From Candidatus Coatesbacteria bacterium (lineage in GTDB: Bacteria; RBG-13-66-14; B26-G2): 32,441 nucleotides of DNA. Position 1 is the stretch's first letter, and each line of letters starts with the position of its first letter. The notes under the pieces are model-generated. The model made no database searches, had not been told where the DNA came from, and saw nothing but the letters and a program-made list of their open reading frames with translations. Positions 25,321 through 32,441 of the stretch are shown here, piece by piece. The position numbers and the translations under genes were made by a program. Where the stretch lies: NCBI GenBank assembly GCA_003647715.1, contig QMNJ01000002.1:1-32441 (forward strand). The letters run 5' to 3'.

Positions 25321-26198
25321 GATTTGCTTATTATCCCGGTTGCTCTGCTCATTCAACCTCAAAGGAATATGAGACATCGTTTAGGTATGTATGCGAAAAG
25401 CTTGGAATTACGCTTGTTGATATTGAGAACTGGGTATGTTGTGGAGCATCTGCGGGGCATTTTTATGATATAGGATTCTCGGTTGCTCTTGCATGCGACA
25501 CACTGGTGAAGGCGAGGGATATTGGACTTCCATTGATAACTGTCTGCCCCGCCTGTTATAACCGCTTGCTTCACGCAAATTATTTAATAAAAGAAGATGG
25601 CGAACTTGCAAAGAGGGTAGCAGATACTATTGGCTCAGAATACGATGGGCAGCACGAGGTTTATAATATACTTGATGCATTCTCTAAGATAGATATAGAA
25701 GAGGCGAAACCTATTGTTGAAAGACCGTTAGATGGTCTTAAAGTCGCCTGTTATTATGGTTGTCTATTTACCAGACCCCCGAAGATGACAAACTTTAAGA
25801 GGTATGAAGACCCCCTTGTAATGGAGAATATTCTGTCATTAACTGGAGTTGACCCGGTTGATTATAATCACAAGGTGAACTGTTGCGGAGGGAGTTTGTC
25901 ACTCTCTAATACAGAGGTTCTCGGTAAACTTGTTGGTGAGATATTAGATGATGCCATCAGGAATGGCGCAGAGGTCATTGCTACTGCTTGTCCGCTATGT
26001 CAGAGCACATTGGAGTTAAGGCAGAATGAGGCATCAAAATACCTTGGTAGGAAAATTAGAGTTCCAATAACCTACTTTACTCAACTGATGGCATATTCAT
26101 TTGGTGCTGATAAGAAGACGGTCGGTTTCGGTAGAAACTGGATAAGCCCTGCTAGCATTATCAACGATTTAGAGAAGAGGGAAGTTAAGGCAGGTTAG
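25305..26198 (+). CDS. hdrB: Heterodisulfide reductase subunit B (two CCG domains)
   Basis: GTG start 10 nt after AAGGAG, overlapping hdrC by 16 nt. Duplicated CCG-domain signatures: YYPGCS...WVCCGAS...CPACY and YYGCLF...VNCCGGS...CPLCQ. Confidence 0.9.
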   Translation: MGEELRFAYYPGCSAHSTSKEYETSFRYVCEKLGITLVDIENWVCCGASAGHFYDIGFSVALACDTLVKARDIGLPLITVCPACYNRLLHANYLIKEDGELAKRVADTIGSEYDGQHEVYNILDAFSKIDIEEAKPIVERPLDGLKVACYYGCLFTRPPKMTNFKRYEDPLVMENILSLTGVDPVDYNHKVNCCGGSLSLSNTEVLGKLVGEILDDAIRNGAEVIATACPLCQSTLELRQNEASKYLGRKIRVPITYFTQLMAYSFGADKKTVGFGRNWISPASIINDLEKREVKAG

Positions 26199-26200
26199 TT

Positions 26201-28237
26201 ATGGCGAGAGTGGGTGTCTTTGTCTGTTGGTGTGGTGCTAATATAGCTGGAACTGTTGATGTAAAAAGGGTTGCAGAAGAGGCATCAAAACTTCCCGGGG
26301 TTGTCTATTCTACTGACTACAAGTATATGTGCTCTGACCCGGGTCAGGAGATTGTGAGGGATGCAATTAAAGAGCACAAACTCAATTCAGTGGTAATCGC
26401 CGCCTGTTCTCCAAGAATGCATGAACCTACCTTCAGGGCTTGTGTTGCAGATGTAGGTCTCAATCCATATAAGTTGGAGATGGCTAATATCAGAGAGCAT
26501 TCTTCTTGGGTGCACTCAGATATTGAGAAGGCGACCGCAAAGGCGATTGATATTGTGAAGATGGCTGTAGCCAAGGCGAAGGAACTTGAACCGCTTGATA
26601 ATATTGAGGTTCCTCTAACCAAAAGGGCACTCGTAATAGGTGGCGGGGTTGCTGGAATTCAGAGTGCTCTTGATATTGCAGACGGAGGGGTGGAGGTTAT
26701 TCTGGTTGAGAGAGAACCATCTATTGGTGGTAAGATGGCGATGCTTGACGAGACCTTTCCCACTCTTGATTGTTCACAGTGCATTCTCACCCCCAAGATG
26801 GTAGATGCGTCAAGACACAAGAATATAACTCTATATACCTATTCGGAGGTTGAAAGGGTTGAGGGCTATATTGGTAATTTTGTGGTAACTATAAGGAAGA
26901 AGGCGAGGTCCGTGGATGAGGAACTGTGTAATGGTTGTGGTGAGTGCACACTAAAGTGCCCCGTTAAGAAGATTCCAGATGAGTTTGAACAGGGTCTTAC
27001 AACGAGGACTGCTATATACTTCCCCTTTCCTCAAGCAGTCCCCAAGATACCTGTGATTGACAAGGAGAACTGTCGCTATTATACAGAAGGGAAGTGCAAG
27101 GTCTGTGAGATGGTCTGCCCCAGAAATGCAATAAGATTTGACCAGCCGGATGAATTTATAAAGGTTGAAGTAGGCGCCATAGTGCTGGCTACAGGTTATA
27201 AACTTTTTGACCACTCAAAGATTGAGGAATACGGCTATGGCGAGGTTGATGATGTTATCACAGGTCTTCAGTTTGAGCGACTCTCCTGCGCCTCGGGACC
27301 AACAGGGGGCAAGATAAAGAGACCATCAGATGGAAAAGAACCTGAGAATGTGGTCTTTATTGGGTGTGTTGGCTCAAGGGATGATAAATACGATAGACCA
27401 TACTGTTCCAAGATATGTTGTATGTATACCGCCAAGCACGCAATTCTTCTGCACCATCGCCTTCCATCTGCCAGAGCATTCATATTCTATATTGATGTAA
27501 GAGCGGGTGGTAAGGGATATGAGGAGTTTATCCAGAGGGCGATGGAGGAGGCGGGCGCTTTATATATCAGGGGAAGGGTCTCACGCCTATACAGGGATGG
27601 AGATAAGGTGATGGTGCTGGGGTATGACACAATCTCTGGCAAGAATATTGAGATACCAGCCGATATGGTTGTCCTCGCAACAGGGATTGAGCCATCCTCT
27701 GGCGTGATAGAACTGGCAAGAAATGTTGGAGTTGCTTATGACCGATATGGCTTCTTCGTGGAGGCACACCCGAAGTTGAGACCGGTTGATACCAATACCG
27801 CTGGTGTATTCCTTGCTGGTTGCTGTCAGGCGCCTATGGACATACCCGATTCTGTTGCACAGGGTTCTGCTTCTGCAAGCAAAGTGCTGGCTCTACTGTC
27901 CAGAGACATACTGGAGCGGGAACCGATGGTTGCTGTGGTGGACGAAGAAACCTGCTCCGGCTGTTTTGCATGCAGAGATGTCTGCCCCTACGACGCCATA
28001 GAAGAGGTGGAGAGAAAGGTGTGGATAGAAGATAAGCCAGACATAAGGAAAGTGGCGAGAGTAAATAGGGGAAAGTGTCAGGGATGTGGAACCTGCACTA
28101 CCGTGTGCAGGTCAAGTGCAATTGACATCAAGGGAACTACTGATTTACAAATATTTGAGCAAATTGGGGCTTTGATAGGTGAGAGCTCTCCATCAGTAAA
28201 GCATAAGGCGACAATGGGTGAAGAGAAAAATGGGTAA
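26201..28237 (+). CDS. hdrA: Heterodisulfide reductase subunit A (FAD, multiple FeS)
   Basis: 678 aa with an N-terminal VFVCWCGANI Cys domain, a dinucleotide fold VIGGGVAGIQSALDIA, an inserted ferredoxin domain (CNGCGECTLKCP, C..C..C...CP) and a C-terminal ferredoxin domain (CSGCFACRDVCP, CQGCGTCTTVC). Confidence 0.92.
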   Translation: MARVGVFVCWCGANIAGTVDVKRVAEEASKLPGVVYSTDYKYMCSDPGQEIVRDAIKEHKLNSVVIAACSPRMHEPTFRACVADVGLNPYKLEMANIREHSSWVHSDIEKATAKAIDIVKMAVAKAKELEPLDNIEVPLTKRALVIGGGVAGIQSALDIADGGVEVILVEREPSIGGKMAMLDETFPTLDCSQCILTPKMVDASRHKNITLYTYSEVERVEGYIGNFVVTIRKKARSVDEELCNGCGECTLKCPVKKIPDEFEQGLTTRTAIYFPFPQAVPKIPVIDKENCRYYTEGKCKVCEMVCPRNAIRFDQPDEFIKVEVGAIVLATGYKLFDHSKIEEYGYGEVDDVITGLQFERLSCASGPTGGKIKRPSDGKEPENVVFIGCVGSRDDKYDRPYCSKICCMYTAKHAILLHHRLPSARAFIFYIDVRAGGKGYEEFIQRAMEEAGALYIRGRVSRLYRDGDKVMVLGYDTISGKNIEIPADMVVLATGIEPSSGVIELARNVGVAYDRYGFFVEAHPKLRPVDTNTAGVFLAGCCQAPMDIPDSVAQGSASASKVLALLSRDILEREPMVAVVDEETCSGCFACRDVCPYDAIEEVERKVWIEDKPDIRKVARVNRGKCQGCGTCTTVCRSSAIDIKGTTDLQIFEQIGALIGESSPSVKHKATMGEEKNG

Positions 28238-28249
28238 AGGTGAAAGAGA

Positions 28250-28702
28250 ATGGCTAATGAGAAGATTAATAATGGAACTGGTTTTGAGCCGTTCATAGTC
28301 GGGTATCTATGCAACTGGTGTTCTTATGCTGGCGCAGACCTTGCGGGCACCAGTAGATTTGAGTATAAACCGAATATAAGGGTAATAAAGGTTCCATGCT
28401 CTGGCAGGGTGGAGGTTCTGCATGTCTTAAAACCCCTATTTGATGGTGCTGATGGCGTTCTGGTATCCGGCTGTCATCCCGGTGACTGCCATTATTCAAC
28501 AGGTAATTACTATGCACGACGAAGGTTCACTGTTCTGAAAGAGATATTGAAAGCAGTGGGTATGGAATCCAATAGGTTTCAGATGAGCTGGGTATCTGCA
28601 TCTGAGGGACGCAAATGGGCAGATGTTGTGGATGAGGTTGTGGAGAAGATAAAGGCACTGGGACCCAATAGGATGTTCAAAGACGAAGAGCAAAAAGAGT
28701 AA
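28250..28702 (+). CDS. mvhD: MvhD-like [2Fe-2S] protein (FlxD of the Flx-Hdr complex)
   Basis: 150 aa. The segment GYLCNWCSYAGADLAG...IKVPCSGRV......GADGVLVSGCHPGDCHY is the signature of the methyl-viologen-reducing hydrogenase delta subunit family. Confidence 0.88.
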   Translation: MANEKINNGTGFEPFIVGYLCNWCSYAGADLAGTSRFEYKPNIRVIKVPCSGRVEVLHVLKPLFDGADGVLVSGCHPGDCHYSTGNYYARRRFTVLKEILKAVGMESNRFQMSWVSASEGRKWADVVDEVVEKIKALGPNRMFKDEEQKE

Positions 28703-28710
28703 TAATTGGT

Positions 28711-29631
28711 ATGACCGAAGCTGTAAACATAGGTGAGGAATTTAGAAAAAAGGCGAGAGAGCTTCTCAGAAAGGGTGAGATAAACGCTGTAATTGGATAT
28801 AAGAAGAGCGGTCTTCCGCCCTATTCTAAACCCCATATCGCATTGAAAGAGGATGACACCGATGAGTTTATATTTGATGTCAATTGCGTCCACAATCTGG
28901 TTCTATATGTTCTCAATTATCTATTGGAGTATCCTGAGGATAAGGTTGCGGTCTTATTAAAAGGGTGTGACCAGAAGTCGCTTATAGTTCTTGCACAGGA
29001 ATCAAAGATAGATAGGGAGAGAGTGAAGGTTATCGGTTTCGGTTGCCCGGGAGTGATTGACCCGAGAAAGGTGGAGGGTGATGAGGAGGATGCACACAAG
29101 TCGTTGACTGCTGAGAATGTTCATGACAAGTGCCTATACTGCGATGTAAGAAATACCCCTCAGGCAGACATATTTATCGGCGAGATGGTGGATATCAAAC
29201 CCACGAAGGAGAGATACTTCAGGGAGAGAGAGTTCTATGGGAAAAAGAGTGAGAGCGAACTGCTTGATTTCTGGAAAGGCGCATTTTCTTCCTGTATCAG
29301 GTGTTATGCATGCAGGCAGGTCTGCCCTCTGTGCTACTGCGATATCTGCATATCATATCGCAATATGCCCCAGTGGATTGAACTTTCGCCAACCACAGAT
29401 AACAATATGCTCTTTCATGTGAGGAGGGCTATGTGTATGGCAGGGAGGTGTATAGATTGCGGTGAGTGTGAGAGGGTCTGCCCAGTAGGGATTCCTCTCA
29501 GGTTGATATACAACAAGGTCTCGTTGGAAATTGAGGATAAGTATGATGGTTATAGGGCGGGTATGGACAGTGAGAGGAAACCACCTCTTCAGGAATACAG
29601 TATGGCTGACCCGGAGGATTTTATCTTATGA
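28711..29631 (+). CDS. flxC: Iron-sulfur protein, FlxC-like (2x[4Fe-4S], FrhB/HydB-like N-terminal part)
   Basis: 306 aa with CIRCYACRQVCPLCYC and CIDCGECERVCP motifs. It sits between the mvhD-like gene and the AsrA-like gene, matching the published hdrCBA-flxDCBA order. Confidence 0.65.
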   Translation: MTEAVNIGEEFRKKARELLRKGEINAVIGYKKSGLPPYSKPHIALKEDDTDEFIFDVNCVHNLVLYVLNYLLEYPEDKVAVLLKGCDQKSLIVLAQESKIDRERVKVIGFGCPGVIDPRKVEGDEEDAHKSLTAENVHDKCLYCDVRNTPQADIFIGEMVDIKPTKERYFREREFYGKKSESELLDFWKGAFSSCIRCYACRQVCPLCYCDICISYRNMPQWIELSPTTDNNMLFHVRRAMCMAGRCIDCGECERVCPVGIPLRLIYNKVSLEIEDKYDGYRAGMDSERKPPLQEYSMADPEDFIL

Positions 29632-30647
29632 GCAATAAAAAGGCATACTTCATATCTGATGATAAGTTGAACGGTTTTATTGAGTCGTTGAATGAGAAGG
29701 TGCCTGTGTATGTTCCGCAGAGGTTTGATAGAGCCGACGGCACTGGTATTTACACTGAATACAGACCTTATGGTGAAGGTGAGGTGGACTTGGAGAGTAG
29801 AACGCTACTTTCAGTAAAAAGCATTTTCCTCCCCCAATGTGAAGTAATCCTTGGGTTCACCACCAATGAAGAAAGAGTTGATGTGGTTTCAGAGGCGCCG
29901 TCTGATGAGAGAGTTTTATTTAGTATCAGGAACTGTGACTTTGAGGCAGTAAGGCGCCTTGATTTGCTATTCGGGTGGGATTATCGTGATGAATTCTGGT
30001 TTGCGCGTCGTGAGAATACGATAATAGTGGTGAACATCTGTGATAGTCCCCTTGATGATAAGTGTTTCTGCCACTGGGTCGGTGTTGACCCGGTAGCAAC
30101 TGAATTAGCCGATTGTGTTATGTTGAGAGCGGAGGGCGGATATATTATCTGGCGGATAAGCGAGAGGGGAGATGTGATAATTGATGTGCTTGATAAAGTG
30201 GGTGCTGATGAGGTGGATGTGCCGGAGGTAGAGGCGAAGGGTTTTGATAATGCGATTGAGGTTGATGGCTCTCATAACGCCCTATTTGAGATATTTACAG
30301 ATGAGATATGGAAAGTGCTTGAGCCATCCTGCATTGGTTGTGGTATCTGCACATTCGTTTGTCCCACCTGCCACTGCTTTGAGATACAAGATGAGGGGAG
30401 TAAGCGTGTTAGGTTCTGGGACTATTGCACAGGTTATGAGTTCACCAGAACCGAGGCACATCAGCCCAGACCACGCCAGTATCAGAGATACAGGCAGAGA
30501 GTGATGCATAAATACTCATATTACCCCAGACGTTTCGGTGTTGTTGGTTGCACTGGCTGTGGCAGGTGTATATCTGCCTGCCCCCAGAATGTTGACATCA
30601 GGGAAGATATAGTTCGTCTACTAAAGAGAGCAAAGGTGATAAAGTAG
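29628..30647 (+). CDS. flxB: Iron-sulfur protein, FlxB-like (AsrA / sulfhydrogenase-beta-like)
   Basis: 339 aa with CIGCGICTFVCPTCHC and CTGCGRCISACP motifs. An ATGA overlap links it to the upstream gene. Confidence 0.65.
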   Translation: MSNKKAYFISDDKLNGFIESLNEKVPVYVPQRFDRADGTGIYTEYRPYGEGEVDLESRTLLSVKSIFLPQCEVILGFTTNEERVDVVSEAPSDERVLFSIRNCDFEAVRRLDLLFGWDYRDEFWFARRENTIIVVNICDSPLDDKCFCHWVGVDPVATELADCVMLRAEGGYIIWRISERGDVIIDVLDKVGADEVDVPEVEAKGFDNAIEVDGSHNALFEIFTDEIWKVLEPSCIGCGICTFVCPTCHCFEIQDEGSKRVRFWDYCTGYEFTRTEAHQPRPRQYQRYRQRVMHKYSYYPRRFGVVGCTGCGRCISACPQNVDIREDIVRLLKRAKVIK

Positions 30648-30656
30648 GAGATTTAA

Positions 30657-31499
30657 ATGGTGGAGAACATATATCAGCCAAAGATGATGCGTGTAATAGA
30701 GGTGCGGGATGAAACCCCTACCATCAAGACATTCCGCCTTGAGTTCGTGGATGATGAAGACAGGAAGAACTTTACCTTTAAGGAAGGGCAATTCGGTGAA
30801 TTCAGTGTGCCCGGCTCGGGTGAGGCAACATTCTGCATTGCATCGCCTACCTTCTGGAGGGACTACATTGAGATAACCGTGAAGGAGGTGAGAAGGGCTA
30901 CCCACGCTTTCCATCTTCTTGATGTTGGCGATTTCGTTACTTTTAGGGGACCCTATGGCAACTGGTTTCCAGTGGACGATTTCTATGGAAAGAATGTTAT
31001 GGTAATAGGAGGCGGAATAGGTATTGCTCCACTTAGGGGTTTGATACACAGGGTTATTAAAGAGCGGAAGAAGTTTGGGGATTTTTGCATTATATATGCG
31101 GCGAGGTGCGTTGAAGAGTTGGTTTATAAAGAAGAGGTCTATGGGTGGTGGGAGAGCGATGATATTTGTAATACAACCCTTTGTGTTGACCCTGGTGGTG
31201 AGACGCCCGACTGGCGTGGCAAGGTGAGTTTTGTTCCACCTGTTCTTGAGCAGATGAAGCCCTCACCTAAGAACGGAGTAGTAGTGGTTTGCGGACCGCC
31301 GATTATGATACGGCTATGTATGGAGAAACTAGTTGAGTTGGGCTTTTCGCCTGATGTGCTCTATACCACCCTTGAGGCGAAGATGAAGTGTGGGTTGGGT
31401 AAGTGTGGTAGGTGCAATATAGGCGATGTCTATATATGCAAGGATGGACCTGTATTTACATATGCTCAGATAGAGGGTTTTCCAGGTGAGGTGTGGTAA
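30657..31499 (+). CDS. flxA: FAD/NAD(P)H-binding oxidoreductase with C-terminal [2Fe-2S], FlxA-like (AsrB/HydG/PyrK-like)
   Basis: 280 aa with an FNR-like fold (GQFGEFS, VMVIGGGIGIAPL, VVVCGPPIM) and a terminal Cys cluster (CGLGKCGRCNIGDVYICKDGPVF). AGGAG SD upstream. Confidence 0.7.
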   Translation: MVENIYQPKMMRVIEVRDETPTIKTFRLEFVDDEDRKNFTFKEGQFGEFSVPGSGEATFCIASPTFWRDYIEITVKEVRRATHAFHLLDVGDFVTFRGPYGNWFPVDDFYGKNVMVIGGGIGIAPLRGLIHRVIKERKKFGDFCIIYAARCVEELVYKEEVYGWWESDDICNTTLCVDPGGETPDWRGKVSFVPPVLEQMKPSPKNGVVVVCGPPIMIRLCMEKLVELGFSPDVLYTTLEAKMKCGLGKCGRCNIGDVYICKDGPVFTYAQIEGFPGEVW

Positions 31500-31532
31500 A
31501 TAGATAGTCGTTCCTAATGGTTATTATTCAAT

Positions 31533-32351
31533 CTACCTTCCCCACCAGTAGTTTTTAATCTCCTCAATCTTCGGACTATCTACAGATAGCAATATTGGCA
31601 CCAGATTGACCATTGATATTACATCCCAGGCGTTGTGCTCTATGACCCGGGCAAGCCCGCTTGCATCACCAGTTCTCGTAAAATTATGATATATGGACGG
31701 TATCAGCCGACCGGGTATATCTGCCTCCCTCTCAAAGTCAAGGAGATAATACTCAAGGGTGGTCAGTTTGCGGTTGGGAAGTCGCCTTTTTGGGATGCGC
31801 TTTCTGGCTATGTTTAGGAGGTCAATGTGGATGGTGGGTTCAAGTGGTTTTAATTGGTAGAGAGTGCACCTCAGGTTGATTGCTGGGATATCAAATAGTT
31901 TGCCATTGTAGGTTATAAAAACTCTTCTACCTTCTAATATGTGTGTCATATACTCAATTATCGCTTGCTCCTCCGAGTAGTCCCTGGCAAGCGCCTGGAC
32001 CACTTTGGGTTCTTCATCGTCGTATAACACCACTCCTACCAGGATTATGGCTCCCTCACTGCTTCCGCAGGTCTCTATGTCTAGAAACACCAGGTCTTTA
32101 TGTATAAGGTCGCTGGGCGTAGAGAAGAGTGATATATATCTCATAAGTTCTTCAATATCGGGTATGATGTGGGATGTTGCACTCTTCTCAAATAATAGAA
32201 ATTGTTGGTTGTTAATTGTGTGTTCTCTTGCGTTGTCAAGTTCTGTTATCTCTAATTTGTTTCGCTGTTTAATATTTAGGTTATCCTTTCTTAGAATCTC
32301 ATTTAGTTGGTTCTTAAATGCTTCCAGTTTTTCCTTTTCATTGCTGAACAT
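31533..32351 (-). CDS. RNase H-like (YprB/PF13482-type) DEDDh 3'-5' exonuclease with N-terminal coiled-coil extension
   Basis: 272 aa with Exo motifs FLDIETCG, ITYNGKLFDIP and EHNAWDVISM. The first 80 aa or so are Lys/Glu/Asn-rich and predicted helical. Confidence 0.7.
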   Translation of the reverse strand: MFSNEKEKLEAFKNQLNEILRKDNLNIKQRNKLEITELDNAREHTINNQQFLLFEKSATSHIIPDIEELMRYISLFSTPSDLIHKDLVFLDIETCGSSEGAIILVGVVLYDDEEPKVVQALARDYSEEQAIIEYMTHILEGRRVFITYNGKLFDIPAINLRCTLYQLKPLEPTIHIDLLNIARKRIPKRRLPNRKLTTLEYYLLDFEREADIPGRLIPSIYHNFTRTGDASGLARVIEHNAWDVISMVNLVPILLSVDSPKIEEIKNYWWGR

Positions 32352-32362
32352 ATTATAATGAT

Positions 32363-32391
32363 AATATAAAGTTATCTTTTTGACGAAACAA
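32363..32391 (-). promoter_or_regulatory. Candidate promoter of the exonuclease gene (near-leaderless)
   Basis: On the minus strand: TTGTTT (32391-32386), a 17-nt spacer, then TATATT (32368-32363). The ATG lies 11 nt downstream with no SD. Confidence 0.4.
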
Positions 32392-32414
32392 TCACAGAAA
32401 TGGTTTTTTATGTC

Positions 32415-32441
32415 TTGACAGGTTGATTATTTAGTGTATAA
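32415..32441 (+). promoter_or_regulatory. Near-consensus promoter firing rightward out of the window
   Basis: TTGACA (32415-32420), a 16-nt spacer, then TATAA (32437-32441), cut by the window end. It is divergent from the exonuclease promoter. Confidence 0.5.

Noticed and set aside
26201-28702. Selenocysteine (in-frame TGA) recoding in hdrA or mvhD, as occurs in some organisms
   Set aside because: Both ORFs are uninterrupted and full-length, with Cys at the expected motif positions. No split ORFs are present.
1-32441. CRISPR arrays, IS elements or transposases, prophage genes, toxin-antitoxin pairs or known defence-system genes
   Set aside because: No noncoding stretch exceeds about 190 nt and no spaced repeat arrays are visible. 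Every substantial ORF is accounted for by housekeeping, respiratory or envelope functions or by unknowns without nuclease, ATPase or toxin signatures, apart from the single RNase H-like gene noted in the findings.

Overview
This is a gene-dense chromosomal segment, over 90% coding, using the standard genetic code. It looks like an uncultivated, LPS-containing (diderm) anaerobe; the phylum cannot be assigned by eye. Bases 938-12552 hold a complex I operon, nuoABCD-[two TPR genes]-HIJKLMN, with no nuoE/F/G. Bases 12560-21266 hold a minus-strand housekeeping string: SH3b/TPR protein, lptC, a long LptA/OstA-like protein, lptB, xerC, hslV, hslU, a polytopic membrane protein, a monofunctional proline dehydrogenase and a TPR protein. 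Next on the plus strand come serS, an orphan radical-SAM enzyme, tRNA-Arg(UCU), tRNA-His(GUG) and a secreted DUF4476-type protein. Bases 24766-31499 hold a complete hdrCBA-flxDCBA cluster (heterodisulfide reductase plus an MvhD-like protein and an NAD(P)H:FeS flavin oxidoreductase module). A YprB-type RNase H-like exonuclease and divergent promoters sit at the right edge. I found no CRISPR array, IS element or transposase, prophage, or recognisable defence or toxin genes. I cannot point to a clearly new multi-gene system. The best candidates for something undescribed are (1) two exported TPR proteins embedded in the nuoD-nuoH junction of an EFG-less complex I with a divergent NuoD, and (2) the possible ferredoxin link between that complex and the nearby Flx-Hdr cluster. 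Everything rests on manual reading of motifs; no database search was possible.
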